Part shown: positions 20,366 to 29,989 of the stretch, one piece after another | Layout: every line of letters starts with the position of its first letter | Numbering within the stretch: the stretch's first letter is position 1 | Source of the DNA: Candidatus Paceibacter sp. | GTDB taxonomy: Bacteria > Patescibacteriota > Patescibacteriia > S139-126 | Assembly: GCA_020724865.1 (NCBI GenBank) | Contig: DYGA01000002.1 | Location: forward strand, 98,657 to 162,656 | Direction: 5' to 3' | Length of the DNA: 64,000 nt | Translations under genes and position numbers: made by a program | Notes under the pieces: model-generated | The model's input: only the letters and a program-made list of their open reading frames with translations | What the model was told of the DNA's origin: nothing | The model's database searches: none

Positions 20366-21816
20366 ATATCCAAACTGAAACAATTTTTTCTTGGCATGAC
20401 AAATTGGTAAAAAAAGAGGTAAGTGCCGTAGAAATTTTGACTTTATATAAAAAGCGAATAGAAAAATTGGATAAAGAAATTCAAGCTTTTTTAACTTTGG
20501 ATTTTGAACACGCATTACAACAAGCCAAAAATATTGATGAACAAATAAAGCAAAAACAAGAAATTTCTCTTTTAGCTGGTCTGCCAGTAGGCGTAAAAGA
20601 TGTGTTAATGACTAAGGGTTTAAGGACTACAGCCGGTTCAAAAATTTTGGATAAATATCAGGCTGTGTATGATGCTACGGTTGTTGCTCGGCTTAAAGAT
20701 CAAGGTATGGTTATGGTTGGAAAAAATAATTGTGATGAATTTGCTATGGGTTCAAGTACCGAAAATTCGGCTTTTTATCCGACAAAAAATCCTTATGATT
20801 TAACTCGTGTTCCCGGTGGTTCATCAGGGGGAAGCGCCGCTGCAGTAGCAGCTAGTGAAGTGGTTTACTCTTTAGGCACTGATACCGGAGGTTCAATCAG
20901 ACAACCGGCTGCTTTTTGTGGAGTCGTAGGACTTAAACCAACTTATGGTTTGGTTTCACGTTATGGTTTAATTGCCATGGCTTCGTCACTTGATTGTATT
21001 GGTCCGTTTACTAAAACTGTAGCTGAATCTGCGGCCGTTTTATCTATTATTGCCGGTCATGATGCTAATGATGCTACCACCCAAGACAAAAAAATTAAAA
21101 ATTATCATGCTGAATTATCAGCTAATGTTAAGGGTTTAAAAGTTGGATTACCCCAGGAATATTTTATCAAAGGTTTAGATGAAAAAATAAAGTCAATTAT
21201 TATGAAATTGGTAAGGCAATTAGCAAACCAAGGGGCAGAAATTATTGATGTCAGTTTACCTTTAACTGAATATGCTTTGCCAGTTTATTATATTATTATG
21301 CCGGCTGAAGTCAGTTCCAATTTGGCCAAATTTGACGGCTTACGTTTTGGTTCAAGAGGTAAAGAACAAAAAAATTTATTTGCTTATTATGCTCATACGC
21401 GAGGTCAGGGTTTTGGCGCTGAAGTTAGGCGGCGCATTTTGATTGGAACCTATGTTTTATCAGCCGGTTATGTTGATGATTATTATTTACAAGCCCAAAA
21501 AGTCAGAACAAAAATTTATCAAGATTTTACCAAGATTTTTACTACAGTAGATGTTTTATTAACACCCACCACACCAACTATACCTTTTAAATTGGGGGAT
21601 AAAATTAGCGACCCGTTGCAGATGTATTTATCAGATATTTATACGGTATCGGCTAATTTAGCAGGATTGCCTGGATTATCAGTGCCAGCAGGTATGGTGG
21701 AAAATCTGCCAGTTGGTGTCCAATTAATAGGGCCAAGATTTAGTGAAAGTACATTATTCAATATTGGTTTAGTCATTGAAGAGCTCAGAGAACCAATTAA
21801 CCAGCCAAATTTATGA
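20362..21816 (+). CDS. gatA: Glu-tRNA(Gln) amidotransferase subunit A (amidase family).
   Basis: Amidase signature GGSSGGSAAAVAA, Ser-cisSer-Lys triad context (KDV..GLRTTAGS). Confidence 0.95.
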   Translation: MNIQTETIFSWHDKLVKKEVSAVEILTLYKKRIEKLDKEIQAFLTLDFEHALQQAKNIDEQIKQKQEISLLAGLPVGVKDVLMTKGLRTTAGSKILDKYQAVYDATVVARLKDQGMVMVGKNNCDEFAMGSSTENSAFYPTKNPYDLTRVPGGSSGGSAAAVAASEVVYSLGTDTGGSIRQPAAFCGVVGLKPTYGLVSRYGLIAMASSLDCIGPFTKTVAESAAVLSIIAGHDANDATTQDKKIKNYHAELSANVKGLKVGLPQEYFIKGLDEKIKSIIMKLVRQLANQGAEIIDVSLPLTEYALPVYYIIMPAEVSSNLAKFDGLRFGSRGKEQKNLFAYYAHTRGQGFGAEVRRRILIGTYVLSAGYVDDYYLQAQKVRTKIYQDFTKIFTTVDVLLTPTTPTIPFKLGDKISDPLQMYLSDIYTVSANLAGLPGLSVPAGMVENLPVGVQLIGPRFSESTLFNIGLVIEELREPINQPNL

Positions 21817-22229
21817 TATTCATTTTAGGTGGTATATTTTTTATAATTTTGCTAGGAATAGTAGTTTATATATTGAAAAAAGAAAACTCTTATGACGAGT
21901 TGGATATCGCTAGTTGGCAGAGTGAATGGGAAAAAATTAAAATGTTAGCTAAAAGTAAAGATGAGTTTGCTCAAAGACAAGCGGTAATTGCGGCTGATAA
22001 TTTATTTGATAAATTATTAAAACATAGAGGTATAGGCGGTTCTTCTTTTGGTGAAAGATTGAAAATTATTCAAAGTCGATATCCTGCATTGCGGCAAGTT
22101 TGGTCAGCCCATTTATTACGCAACCGTCTAGTTCATGAAAGTTCTTATAAATTAAAAAATAATGAAGCCGAGAAAGCCATAAAAATTTTTGCTAAAGGTT
22201 TCAAAGAGTTAGGTTTAAATTTAAATTAA
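21813..22229 (+). CDS. Hypothetical protein with N-terminal TM helix.
   Basis: ORF track; overlaps the gatA stop (translational coupling). Confidence 0.45.
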   Translation: MIFILGGIFFIILLGIVVYILKKENSYDELDIASWQSEWEKIKMLAKSKDEFAQRQAVIAADNLFDKLLKHRGIGGSSFGERLKIIQSRYPALRQVWSAHLLRNRLVHESSYKLKNNEAEKAIKIFAKGFKELGLNLN

Positions 22230-22234
22230 AATAT

Positions 22235-23215
22235 ATGTCAAACGATAAAACACATCCATCTTTAGATAGTTTACAATCTAGAACACTAGATTTAATTATT
22301 GCGGGGGCCGGGCCGGCTGGTTTAAGTGCAGCAGTTTATTCGTCACGGCGTAAACTTGATACCTTGGTAATTACCAAAGATATTGGCGGACAGACTAATT
22401 GGTCAGCCGAAGTAGAAAATTATTTAGGCTATGAGTTTATGTCTGGTTATGAGTTGGCACAAAAATTTTATGCACATGTTAAGAAAATAGATGATGAAAA
22501 TTCTTTGTTTGACTTGGAGTTATTGGAGAACGATCCCGTGGTAAAAATAGAGCCAGAAGGTAAAGAATTTTTAGTGACGACTCAAAGTCAAAAAATATTT
22601 AGAGCACGAGCGGTGTTAATTGCCACTGGTGCTAAGCCTCGCCATTTAAATATACCAGGTGAAAAAGAGTTGATTGGACGGGGGGTCACGTTTTGTGCTA
22701 CTTGCGATGGGCCGCTTTATCAAAATAAAATAATTGCGGTAATTGGCGGAGGAAATAGTGCTATGGAAGCAGTACTATATTTAACCAAAATTGCTAAAAC
22801 TATTTATTTAATAAATATTAATGAAAATTTTCGAGGAGAGACAACTTTGGCAGAAGAAATTGCAAAGTTAAAAAATGTTATAATAAAAAACAATACGGAA
22901 ACATTAGCCATGTCGGGTACTGGTAAATTGGAAAAAATTAAAATAAAAAATAAAAAAACTTTACAAGAAGAATGGATTGCGGTTGACGGTGTTTTTGAAG
23001 AAATAGGTTATGAACCAAATAGTGCGCCGTTTGCGAATTTGGTTAAATTAAATGCCAAAAAAGAGATTATTATTGACGAAAGAAATCGCACCTCAGTGCC
23101 GGGGATTTTTGCTGCTGGCGACGTGTCTAGCGTTCCCCAAAAACAAATTATAATTGCTGCTGGCGAAGGTGCTAAAGCAGTACTTGAGATATATAATTAT
23201 TTACTACCAAAATAA
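22235..23215 (+). CDS. trxB: Thioredoxin-disulfide reductase (TrxB-like FAD/NAD(P) oxidoreductase).
   Basis: GAGPAGLSAAVY FAD motif, redox-active CATCDG, second Rossmann GGGNSAMEAV. Confidence 0.85.
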   Translation: MSNDKTHPSLDSLQSRTLDLIIAGAGPAGLSAAVYSSRRKLDTLVITKDIGGQTNWSAEVENYLGYEFMSGYELAQKFYAHVKKIDDENSLFDLELLENDPVVKIEPEGKEFLVTTQSQKIFRARAVLIATGAKPRHLNIPGEKELIGRGVTFCATCDGPLYQNKIIAVIGGGNSAMEAVLYLTKIAKTIYLININENFRGETTLAEEIAKLKNVIIKNNTETLAMSGTGKLEKIKIKNKKTLQEEWIAVDGVFEEIGYEPNSAPFANLVKLNAKKEIIIDERNRTSVPGIFAAGDVSSVPQKQIIIAAGEGAKAVLEIYNYLLPK

Positions 23216-23589
23216 TGCCCCAAAAAACTATTGCCATCATTGGCGCGTCAAGAGATGAGAAAAAGTATTCTCACAAAGCTATTAAAGCCTTTTTAAATAG
23301 TGGTTATAAAGTTTATCCTGTAAATCCACATGCTTCCAAAATAGGTGGATTGGATTGCTATGGTGATTTGGAAGATTTACCTGAAAAAGTGGAAGAAATA
23401 AGTATTTATTTACCACCTTATTTAACTATTGGTATTTTACAGTCATTGGTTGATTATCCAGTTAAAAAAATTTATTTAAATCCAGGTAGCGCTGATGATA
23501 TTGTTAGAGATATTGCACAAAAATTTAAATTGCCCGTCGTTGAAGCTTGCAGTATACGCGCTCAAGGGCAAGATCCGGATATGTTATAG
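23215..23589 (+). CDS. CoA-binding domain protein.
   Basis: IAIIGASRDEKKYSHKA Rossmann-like start, 124 aa. Confidence 0.55.
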   Translation: MPQKTIAIIGASRDEKKYSHKAIKAFLNSGYKVYPVNPHASKIGGLDCYGDLEDLPEKVEEISIYLPPYLTIGILQSLVDYPVKKIYLNPGSADDIVRDIAQKFKLPVVEACSIRAQGQDPDML

Positions 23590-23596
23590 TAATAAT

Positions 23597-23661
23597 AATT
23601 ATAAATTATAAATTTTAAATTATAAAACAACATAAAAATTTGTAATTTATAATTTATAATT
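23597..23661. repeat. AT-rich inverted repeat (18-bp arms AATTATAAATTATAAATT / AATTTATAATTTATAATT) upstream of the DsbA-like gene.
   Basis: Arms at 23597-23614 and 23644-23661. The same core ATTATAAATTATAAA recurs downstream of the gene. Confidence 0.5.
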
Positions 23662-23673
23662 TATTTTAAAAAT

Positions 23674-24282
23674 ATGTCCAATAAAACAAATTTATTTTTT
23701 ATAATTGCCGGAGTAGTTATTACAATTGGTGCAATTGGAATTTGGTTAAGTATGGGTAGTGCTCCAACTTATGAGAATGTTAATTCGCCTAGACCTGTTA
23801 AAGGTAGTAGTGAGGCTAAAGTTGTAGTTGAAGAATTTTCTGATTTTCAATGTCCAGCTTGTAAATCTGCCCAAGATACAGTCAAACGGGTAATCAATGA
23901 ATTTGGTGACCAAATAAGATTTGAATTTAAGCATTTTCCTTTGACAACTATTCATCCGCAGGCTTTTCGGGCGGCACTGGCTTCCGAATGTGCCAATGAT
24001 CAGGGTAAATTTTGGGAATATCATGATTTATTGTTTATAAATCAGCCAAATTTTTCTCCGAGCGAATTGGTATCTTATGCTGAAGGTTTAGGTTTAAATA
24101 AAGATACTTTCAAAGCTTGTTTAGATTCAAGAGCAAAAAACGATGTTGTTCGAGCTGATATGGCTGAAGCCAGTAGTCGTCAGGTAAATGCCACTCCAAC
24201 TTTTTTTGTCAATGGGCAAGTCGTGCAAAATTGGAATCAATTGGGTGACATTATTTCTGCTGCCCTCGGAGAACAAAATTAA
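23674..24282 (+). CDS. DsbA-like thioredoxin-fold thiol:disulfide oxidoreductase, membrane anchored/secreted.
   Basis: N-terminal TM, active-site FQCPACKS (CxxC), thioredoxin-fold spacing. Confidence 0.7.
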   Translation: MSNKTNLFFIIAGVVITIGAIGIWLSMGSAPTYENVNSPRPVKGSSEAKVVVEEFSDFQCPACKSAQDTVKRVINEFGDQIRFEFKHFPLTTIHPQAFRAALASECANDQGKFWEYHDLLFINQPNFSPSELVSYAEGLGLNKDTFKACLDSRAKNDVVRADMAEASSRQVNATPTFFVNGQVVQNWNQLGDIISAALGEQN

Positions 24283-24294
24283 TTTTAAATTTTC

Positions 24295-24340
24295 AATTAT
24301 AAATTATAAAATAATTATTTAAAATTTATAATTTATAATT
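24295..24340. repeat. Second copy of the ATTATAAATTATAAA inverted repeat (16-bp arms), forming a hairpin immediately after the DsbA-like stop.
   Basis: Arms 24295-24310 and 24325-24340 with a 14-nt loop. Confidence 0.5.
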
Positions 24341-24354
24341 AATAATTATCAAAG

Positions 24355-25155
24355 ATGTTTTCTTGGCTTCACTCTTATAACCCATCGCCAATTTTGTTTG
24401 ATTTTGGTTTTGTACAAGTACATTGGTATGGTTTATTGATGTTAGTTAGTATTTTAGGGTCATTTTTTGTTTTATTAAAAAAAGCTGAGGTTTTTTCTCT
24501 AAATCGAAACCAGATATGGGATTTATTGTTTTGGTTGGTGGTAGGCGGAATTTTGGGAGCAAGAATATATGAAGTTTTACTAGTTGAACCCACTTTTTAT
24601 TTTTCTCATCCAGGTCAAATGGTGAAAGTCTGGCAAGGTGGTCTGGCAATTCATGGTGCGTGGCTTGGAGGGTTGATAGTTTTGTGGTTTTTCAGTAAAA
24701 AATGGAAAATTTCGCTGTGGAAATTGACTGATGCTATAACATTTGTTTTACCTTTAGGGCAAGCTATTGGCCGGTGGGGAAACTATTTTAATCAAGAGTT
24801 ATATGGTCTGCCAACTAATTTGCCTTGGGGAATACCAATTGCCGTAGACAATCGTTTGTCAGAATATGTTCAATTTACTCATTTTCATCCGACTTTTTTG
24901 TATGAATCAATCGGTGCTTTACTGATATTTATTTTATTATTTTGGTTTCTTAAACAGAAAAGGTTTACAGGTCAGATTACCTTAGTCTATTTGGGACTTT
25001 ATTCAGCTTTACGTTTAGCTTTGGAGTTTATTCGTTTAGATCCGGCTTTTATGTTGTTTGGCATACGTTGGCCAATTATTTTCAGTAGTTTGGTAATATT
25101 ATTGGTTATGATAATTTATTTTAAAAAAATAATTATATTAAAAAATAAATTATAA
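24355..25155 (+). CDS. lgt: Prolipoprotein diacylglyceryl transferase Lgt.
   Basis: Lgt signature VVGGILGARIYE, multi-TM, HGAWLGG. Confidence 0.85.
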   Translation: MFSWLHSYNPSPILFDFGFVQVHWYGLLMLVSILGSFFVLLKKAEVFSLNRNQIWDLLFWLVVGGILGARIYEVLLVEPTFYFSHPGQMVKVWQGGLAIHGAWLGGLIVLWFFSKKWKISLWKLTDAITFVLPLGQAIGRWGNYFNQELYGLPTNLPWGIPIAVDNRLSEYVQFTHFHPTFLYESIGALLIFILLFWFLKQKRFTGQITLVYLGLYSALRLALEFIRLDPAFMLFGIRWPIIFSSLVILLVMIIYFKKIIILKNKL

Positions 25156-25207
25156 CTTAATTTAAATGCATATAAAAAAACATCTGATATTATCAGGTGT
25201 TTTTTTA

Positions 25208-25284
25208 TGGCGGGGCCGAAGGGACTCGAACCCTCGACCTCCTGCGTGACAGGCAGGCGTTCTAACCAACTGAACTACGACCCC
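25208..25284 (-). tRNA. tRNA-Asp (anticodon GUC), CCA encoded.
   Basis: Reverse complement gives GGGGTCGTAGTTCAGTTGGTTAGAACGCCTGCCTGTCACGCAGGAGGTCGAGGGTTCGAGTCCCTTCGGCCCCGCCA: 7-bp acceptor, D arm, anticodon loop CUGUCAC, GTTCGAGTC T-loop. Confidence 0.9.
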
Positions 25285-25400
25285 AGTTATTTAAAAAATT
25301 GCTGCCAAAACAGCATAATTATAATAAATTATTATTAATAATAAATCAAGACCAGTTAATAGTTTGTAAATAAGCTTTATTAATTATGTTATAATTAATT

Positions 25401-26609
25401 TTGATGAAAAAAATATTTTATTTATTTATAGTAATTACTTTTTTACCGTTGCATCAGATAAAAGCCGTTGATGATTTGGCTGGTCGGTTGTCGGGTAGGA
25501 TTTTATTACAGGTAGAGAGTTACGGACGAGCTTGGTATGTGGATCCAGTTAGTCAAACCAGATATTATCTGCGTGATGGTGATGAAGCATTTAATATCAT
25601 GCGTTCATTGGGATTGGGTATAACTAATCGTGATTTAGCCAAGATTCCAACTAAAAAGGGCGAATTAGGTGATAAAAAATTAATCCAGAGATTAAAAGGG
25701 CGGATTTTGTTGCAAGTGGAAAGTCGCGGCGAGGCTTGGTATGTAAATCCGGTTGATGGTATGCGGTATTATTTACCAACTAGGGAAGCGGCTTTTAATA
25801 TTATGCGTAATTTTGGTTTAGGAATAACTAATGATAATTTACGGCAAATAAAAGTCAATAATCAACAGCTAATTCATGATACTACTTTTCAGGATGTAGC
25901 TTATGTAAGTTATGATGGTACAGATTTTAACCAAGGGTACAATGCTGACGTTGTATTGCCAATGGCCAGTTTGACAAAATTGATGACCGCTTTAGTTTTA
26001 CTTGATACCAATCCTAATTGGCAAAAAAGTATTACTATTACTCAAGATGAACTTGATTATCCAAAAAGTTTAGTTGGTTCAGATATTACCAGTGAGGTCG
26101 ATTTACATGTCGGAGATAAATTAACATTTTATGATTTATGGCTGGCAATGTTGATTGCCTCCTCCAATCAAGCGACTGTGGCTTTGGTAGATAATTCTGG
26201 TCTGTCACGAACTGAATTCATTGCGGCTATGAATCAAAAAGCTAAAGATTTAGGCTTAACAAAAACCAAATTTTTTGATATGACCGGTCTTGATGCTCAC
26301 AATGTCACTACTGCTAAACAAATGGCTCAGTTAGGTTATGTAGCTTTTAGTAAAAGTGACATAACCTCAGCTAGTGCCATAAAGGATTATATTGCCCCAG
26401 TTACTGATGCGACTGGTCAGATTAGGCAGGTTAAAATAACTGATCGTAATTACAGTTTACAAACTTTTTCGCCCGAGGCTGCAAAGACTGGATTTTTAGT
26501 AGAGGCGCAACGCACGGTAGTATTAAAAAAGAATAATCAAATCATAGTAGTCCTACATGCTTTAAGTATGTCACAAAGGAATGAAATAATTCAGAAATTG
26601 TTAAAATAA
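25401..26609 (+). CDS. dacA: D-alanyl-D-alanine carboxypeptidase (peptidase S11, PBP5-like) with two N-terminal tandem ~60-aa repeat modules.
   Basis: SxxK (ASLTKL), SxN (SSNQA), KTG (AKTGF). N-terminal repeats GRILLQVESxGxAWYVxPV...RYYL...AFNIMRxxGLGITN occur twice. Confidence 0.85.
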   Translation: MMKKIFYLFIVITFLPLHQIKAVDDLAGRLSGRILLQVESYGRAWYVDPVSQTRYYLRDGDEAFNIMRSLGLGITNRDLAKIPTKKGELGDKKLIQRLKGRILLQVESRGEAWYVNPVDGMRYYLPTREAAFNIMRNFGLGITNDNLRQIKVNNQQLIHDTTFQDVAYVSYDGTDFNQGYNADVVLPMASLTKLMTALVLLDTNPNWQKSITITQDELDYPKSLVGSDITSEVDLHVGDKLTFYDLWLAMLIASSNQATVALVDNSGLSRTEFIAAMNQKAKDLGLTKTKFFDMTGLDAHNVTTAKQMAQLGYVAFSKSDITSASAIKDYIAPVTDATGQIRQVKITDRNYSLQTFSPEAAKTGFLVEAQRTVVLKKNNQIIVVLHALSMSQRNEIIQKLLK

Positions 26610-26793
26610 TTAGTGTAGTTTTTTGAGATAATAAATCATAAACTATAAGTCAACATATTCATAAAATTATTGGAAAAATTAAATTATTTTTTGCAGTTTA
26701 AAAATTAGTGCTTGCCGTTTTTGAAATTTTAAATTGTAACTAGTTTATCACGAAGACATTTACAAAATAAAAAAATAAAATCAGCTAAATCTA

Positions 26794-27273
26794 ATGAAAT
26801 TAAATTTGAATAAAAATATATTTGATTACATTGTGTTTTTAAAATTATTTGATGGCATTTTAGGTGTCTTGGCGGGACTAACGGTTTATTTTGTCAAAAA
26901 AGAAAGTGTACTAAAATTTGTCTATTGGTTATTTCAGCATGAGTTAACCGAAGATCCGAATGATTTTTTTATAAACAAATTTTTTTCTTGGCTTAATATT
27001 TTATCTTTATCTACTCAAAATTTTATTGCAATTTATTTATTTATAAACGGATTGTTAAAAATATTTTTAATGAGTATGTTATTAAAGAATAAACCATGGG
27101 CTTACCCGGTAACAGGTTATTTAATGGTTTTTATGGTTGGTTATCAAATTTTTAGAATTTTTCACAGTCATTCTTTAGTATTAGTTGGTTTAACTATTTT
27201 GGATATTATTATTATTTATTTAATTTTTGATAAATATAATAAATTTTTGGATGGCAGGGAGGGGATATCGTAA
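26794..27273 (+). CDS. Hypothetical integral membrane protein (4 TM).
   Basis: ORF track; hydrophobic segments. Confidence 0.5.
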   Translation: MKLNLNKNIFDYIVFLKLFDGILGVLAGLTVYFVKKESVLKFVYWLFQHELTEDPNDFFINKFFSWLNILSLSTQNFIAIYLFINGLLKIFLMSMLLKNKPWAYPVTGYLMVFMVGYQIFRIFHSHSLVLVGLTILDIIIIYLIFDKYNKFLDGREGIS

Positions 27274-27302
27274 AAGTTAATTGATTTTGGTATAATTAGA
27301 TT

Positions 27303-27659
27303 ATGAAAATAACTAAACAATTTTTATCAATTTCTATTTTGGGTTTGATCTTAGTGCCTTTGGCTGCTTTGGCTCAGGTTGATTTTGGTTTAGGTTATGG
27401 TTCAGCGATTGGTCTGGGTACCAGAGATATCAGAGAAACAATTGCCCGAATTATCAATATTGCTTTGGGAATTTTAGGATTGTTAATGGTATTGATAATA
27501 ATTTATGGGGTAGTGGGAGCAGCCAGTGGTTATGGTACGGATCGGGGAGAGACAGCTAGAAAAACTATTGTTGCGGGCGTGATTGGTCTTTTGATAATTA
27601 TTATTGCTTATGCGCTTAGCACATTTGTCTTTAGAGTAATTTTGGATTCAACTTCATAA
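27303..27659 (+). CDS. Small secreted two-TM protein with VirB2/TrbC-pilin-like topology. Paralog of 32292..32672.
   Basis: Signal peptide ...PLAALA-QV, then two hydrophobic helices separated by a short SGYGTDRGETARK loop. Shares a collinear identity pattern with the 32292..32672 protein (ILGL, SGG/GYG, VIGL, VF..LDS). Confidence 0.5.
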   Translation: MKITKQFLSISILGLILVPLAALAQVDFGLGYGSAIGLGTRDIRETIARIINIALGILGLLMVLIIIYGVVGAASGYGTDRGETARKTIVAGVIGLLIIIIAYALSTFVFRVILDSTS

Positions 27660-27690
27660 CCTTCATTGCCTAGTGATATAGAAATTTATT

Positions 27691-28500
27691 ATGACCATAC
27701 AGACAAACAAAAAAGTTGGTTTAGCATTGGGTAGTGGCGGTGTTAAGGGTTTGGCTCATGTGGGGGTTATTAAAACATTACTCAAATATAAAATCCCAAT
27801 TGACTTTATAGCGGGATCTAGTATAGGCGCTTGGGTGGCGTGTTTTTTTGGTTTATTTCAAGATGTTGCTAAATTGGAGGATTATACAGTCAATAAACGA
27901 CGGGATAAATTTTATGTTTTTTTAGAACCTGCTTTACAAGGTGGTTTGATTAAGGGGGATAAATTAGAAAAATTGTTAAATGAGTGGTTTAAAGGAGCAA
28001 ATTTTTCTGATACAAAAATTCCAGTAGCAGCTGTTGCTACTGATTTAATCACTGGTCAGTCAGTAGTTTTAAATCAGGGCAATTTAGCCAAAGCCGTTAG
28101 GGCCAGCATGTCTATTCCTACTTTATTTAAACCAGTAAATATTGGCGATCAACTATTAATAGATGGTGGTTCTAGTAATCCCGTGCCAGATGATTTAGTA
28201 AGACAAATGGGCGCGGACATTGTAATAAGTGTAAATTTAGATAATTATGAAAAATATCGTCCCATAGAATTTGATGATTATTCATTTAAAAAAGTAGCCA
28301 ATCGAAGTTTAGATATCATGCGCCATTATTTAGCTAAATATTCTCTACAAAATTCTGATATAATTTTAGCTCCGACTTTTCCTGCCGTTGGATTTTCTAG
28401 CTGGCGAAGTTATTTTCGTGAGGAAATCGGAGTGGAGATTGTAAAAATTGGAGAAGATGAAATGGAAAAAAATATTGAATCACTTTTGCGTTTATTATAA
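27691..28500 (+). CDS. Patatin-like phospholipase.
   Basis: GSGGVKG oxyanion motif, GSSIG (GxSxG) nucleophile, DGG catalytic Asp motif. Confidence 0.85.
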   Translation: MTIQTNKKVGLALGSGGVKGLAHVGVIKTLLKYKIPIDFIAGSSIGAWVACFFGLFQDVAKLEDYTVNKRRDKFYVFLEPALQGGLIKGDKLEKLLNEWFKGANFSDTKIPVAAVATDLITGQSVVLNQGNLAKAVRASMSIPTLFKPVNIGDQLLIDGGSSNPVPDDLVRQMGADIVISVNLDNYEKYRPIEFDDYSFKKVANRSLDIMRHYLAKYSLQNSDIILAPTFPAVGFSSWRSYFREEIGVEIVKIGEDEMEKNIESLLRLL

Positions 28501-28520
28501 TTTAAGTCTAAGCTTTAAAT

Positions 28521-29015
28521 ATGATTACTGCCCCTATTCAAATGAATGAACAAGTCAGATTAGCCGCAGTTCACTCTTTGGCTATTTTAGATACTCAGCC
28601 AGAAGAAAGATTTGATGTAATTACTAAGGCGGTTTGTGAAAAATTTAAAGTGCCTATTTCTACCATTTCCATAATTGACGGTCAACGAGAATGGTATAAA
28701 TCGTGTTGGGGACTTGATGTCCGTGAAGGGCCTAGAGACATATCTTTTTGTGGTCATGCTATGTACGCTGATTATGTTTTTGTAGTTGAAGACACTTGGC
28801 AGGACCCAAGATTTTTTGATAATCCTTATGTTAAAGGTAAACCCTACATCCGTTTTTATGCTGGTGTGGCGTTGCGGGAAAATAATACTCGTCTGCCGGT
28901 AGGGGTTTTATGTATCAAGGATAATAAACCTAGAAAGTTTTCCTTGGATAATATCAATAAACTAATTGAATTTGCCAAACAGGCGGAAATTGAAATAAAC
29001 AAAAAATTACCCTAA
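28521..29015 (+). CDS. GAF-domain protein (fRMsr-like small GAF fold).
   Basis: 164 aa, GAF-like pattern LAILDTQPEERFDVITK...FCGHAM with conserved Cys positions. Confidence 0.6.
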   Translation: MITAPIQMNEQVRLAAVHSLAILDTQPEERFDVITKAVCEKFKVPISTISIIDGQREWYKSCWGLDVREGPRDISFCGHAMYADYVFVVEDTWQDPRFFDNPYVKGKPYIRFYAGVALRENNTRLPVGVLCIKDNKPRKFSLDNINKLIEFAKQAEIEINKKLP

Positions 29016-29223
29016 TAGATATATAGTTTGCAGTTTTTTTACTTTTTATAAATATATTTTTGTTGAATTAAGTGCACTATCAAAACAAAACACCAGTTTT
29101 AAAAATCAACGGGGTATTTGTTTTGTTTCTTATGTGATTGATGGTTTGTGTTACTTGTTTGGATAGTGGATACGGTATTTTGCTAAAAGGTTAGGGCGCT
29201 TATCAATAATTTAATATAAAATT

Positions 29224-29245
29224 AAAACCCGTACTTAGGTACGGG
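29224..29245 (-). terminator. Rho-independent terminator for the minus-strand gene 29252..29863 (hairpin usable in both directions).
   Basis: CCCGTAC-TTAG-GTACGGG flanked by A4 on plus, which is T4 on minus. Confidence 0.6.
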
Positions 29246-29251
29246 TAAAAT

Positions 29252-29863
29252 TTATTTTAATGGTTTGACTGTAATTTTCAATTTTTTGATTTCAGATGTA
29301 CTGATGTTGGTTTTCGGCATTTCGCTAATATTTACTTTAATCGATTCATCGCAATCTGATTTCTCTACTATAGGTTTTTGATATTTTTTAAAAAGACTCA
29401 GGTCTTTTCCCAGGATATTGATGCAAGTATACTTAGCATAATTTGCTTTTTGTTTACTAGTTGCTTCATCAAGTCCTATTAGAGAATAAAGTGCTTGGGC
29501 AACAAAAAAATTGTTATCTCTAATTAATTTTTCGTGTTTCTCAATACGTTTGAAGGCTGAGTCCAATTTTTGAACAACTGCAGAGTCATTTTGACTCAAG
29601 ATATTTAAGCTACTGACAATATCAGTAAAGTTTTGTTCTGTTTGGTTTTGAAAAATTTTCAATGAATCAGCCACTTGCTGATGTGCTTTTTGTAAAATTT
29701 CCAATTTTTCTTTAGTCTCAAAAAATAGAGGATAAACCACCCATTTATATACAACAAAATAGCCAAACAGCAGTAGCAATACAGCAGAGGTTGAATAAAA
29801 TATTTTTTTATTATTCAAAAATTTTTTACTCCAACCAGACAAACCGATATTTAATTTATTCAT
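29252..29863 (-). CDS. Hypothetical bitopic protein (N-terminal TM, coiled-coil region, two Cys near the C-terminus).
   Basis: ORF track; last gene of a three-gene minus-strand operon. Confidence 0.5.
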   Translation of the reverse strand: MNKLNIGLSGWSKKFLNNKKIFYSTSAVLLLLFGYFVVYKWVVYPLFFETKEKLEILQKAHQQVADSLKIFQNQTEQNFTDIVSSLNILSQNDSAVVQKLDSAFKRIEKHEKLIRDNNFFVAQALYSLIGLDEATSKQKANYAKYTCINILGKDLSLFKKYQKPIVEKSDCDESIKVNISEMPKTNISTSEIKKLKITVKPLK

Positions 29864-29940
29864 TTTTTACTCCTTATTTTTTTGTTAAATTTCAAAAAGA
29901 TATATTAAATTACAACAGTATTTAGTTTTTGTCAAGCAAT

Positions 29941-29970
29941 AAAAAACCGCTAGTGATTATACACTAGCGG
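29941..29970 (-). terminator. Hairpin plus T-run on the minus strand (intra-operon attenuator/terminator after 29990..31309).
   Basis: CCGCTAGTG-N6-CACTAGCGG followed by T6 on the minus strand. Confidence 0.55.
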
Positions 29971-29989
29971 CTAGTTAAGCAATATTTTT

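Noticed and set aside
28521-29015. Considered patatin + GAF protein as a CBASS-like defense pair (patatin effectors occur in CBASS).
   Set aside because: No cyclase (CD-NTase) or other signalling component is adjacent. Stand-alone patatins are common housekeeping lipases. Kept only as part of the larger bracketed block.
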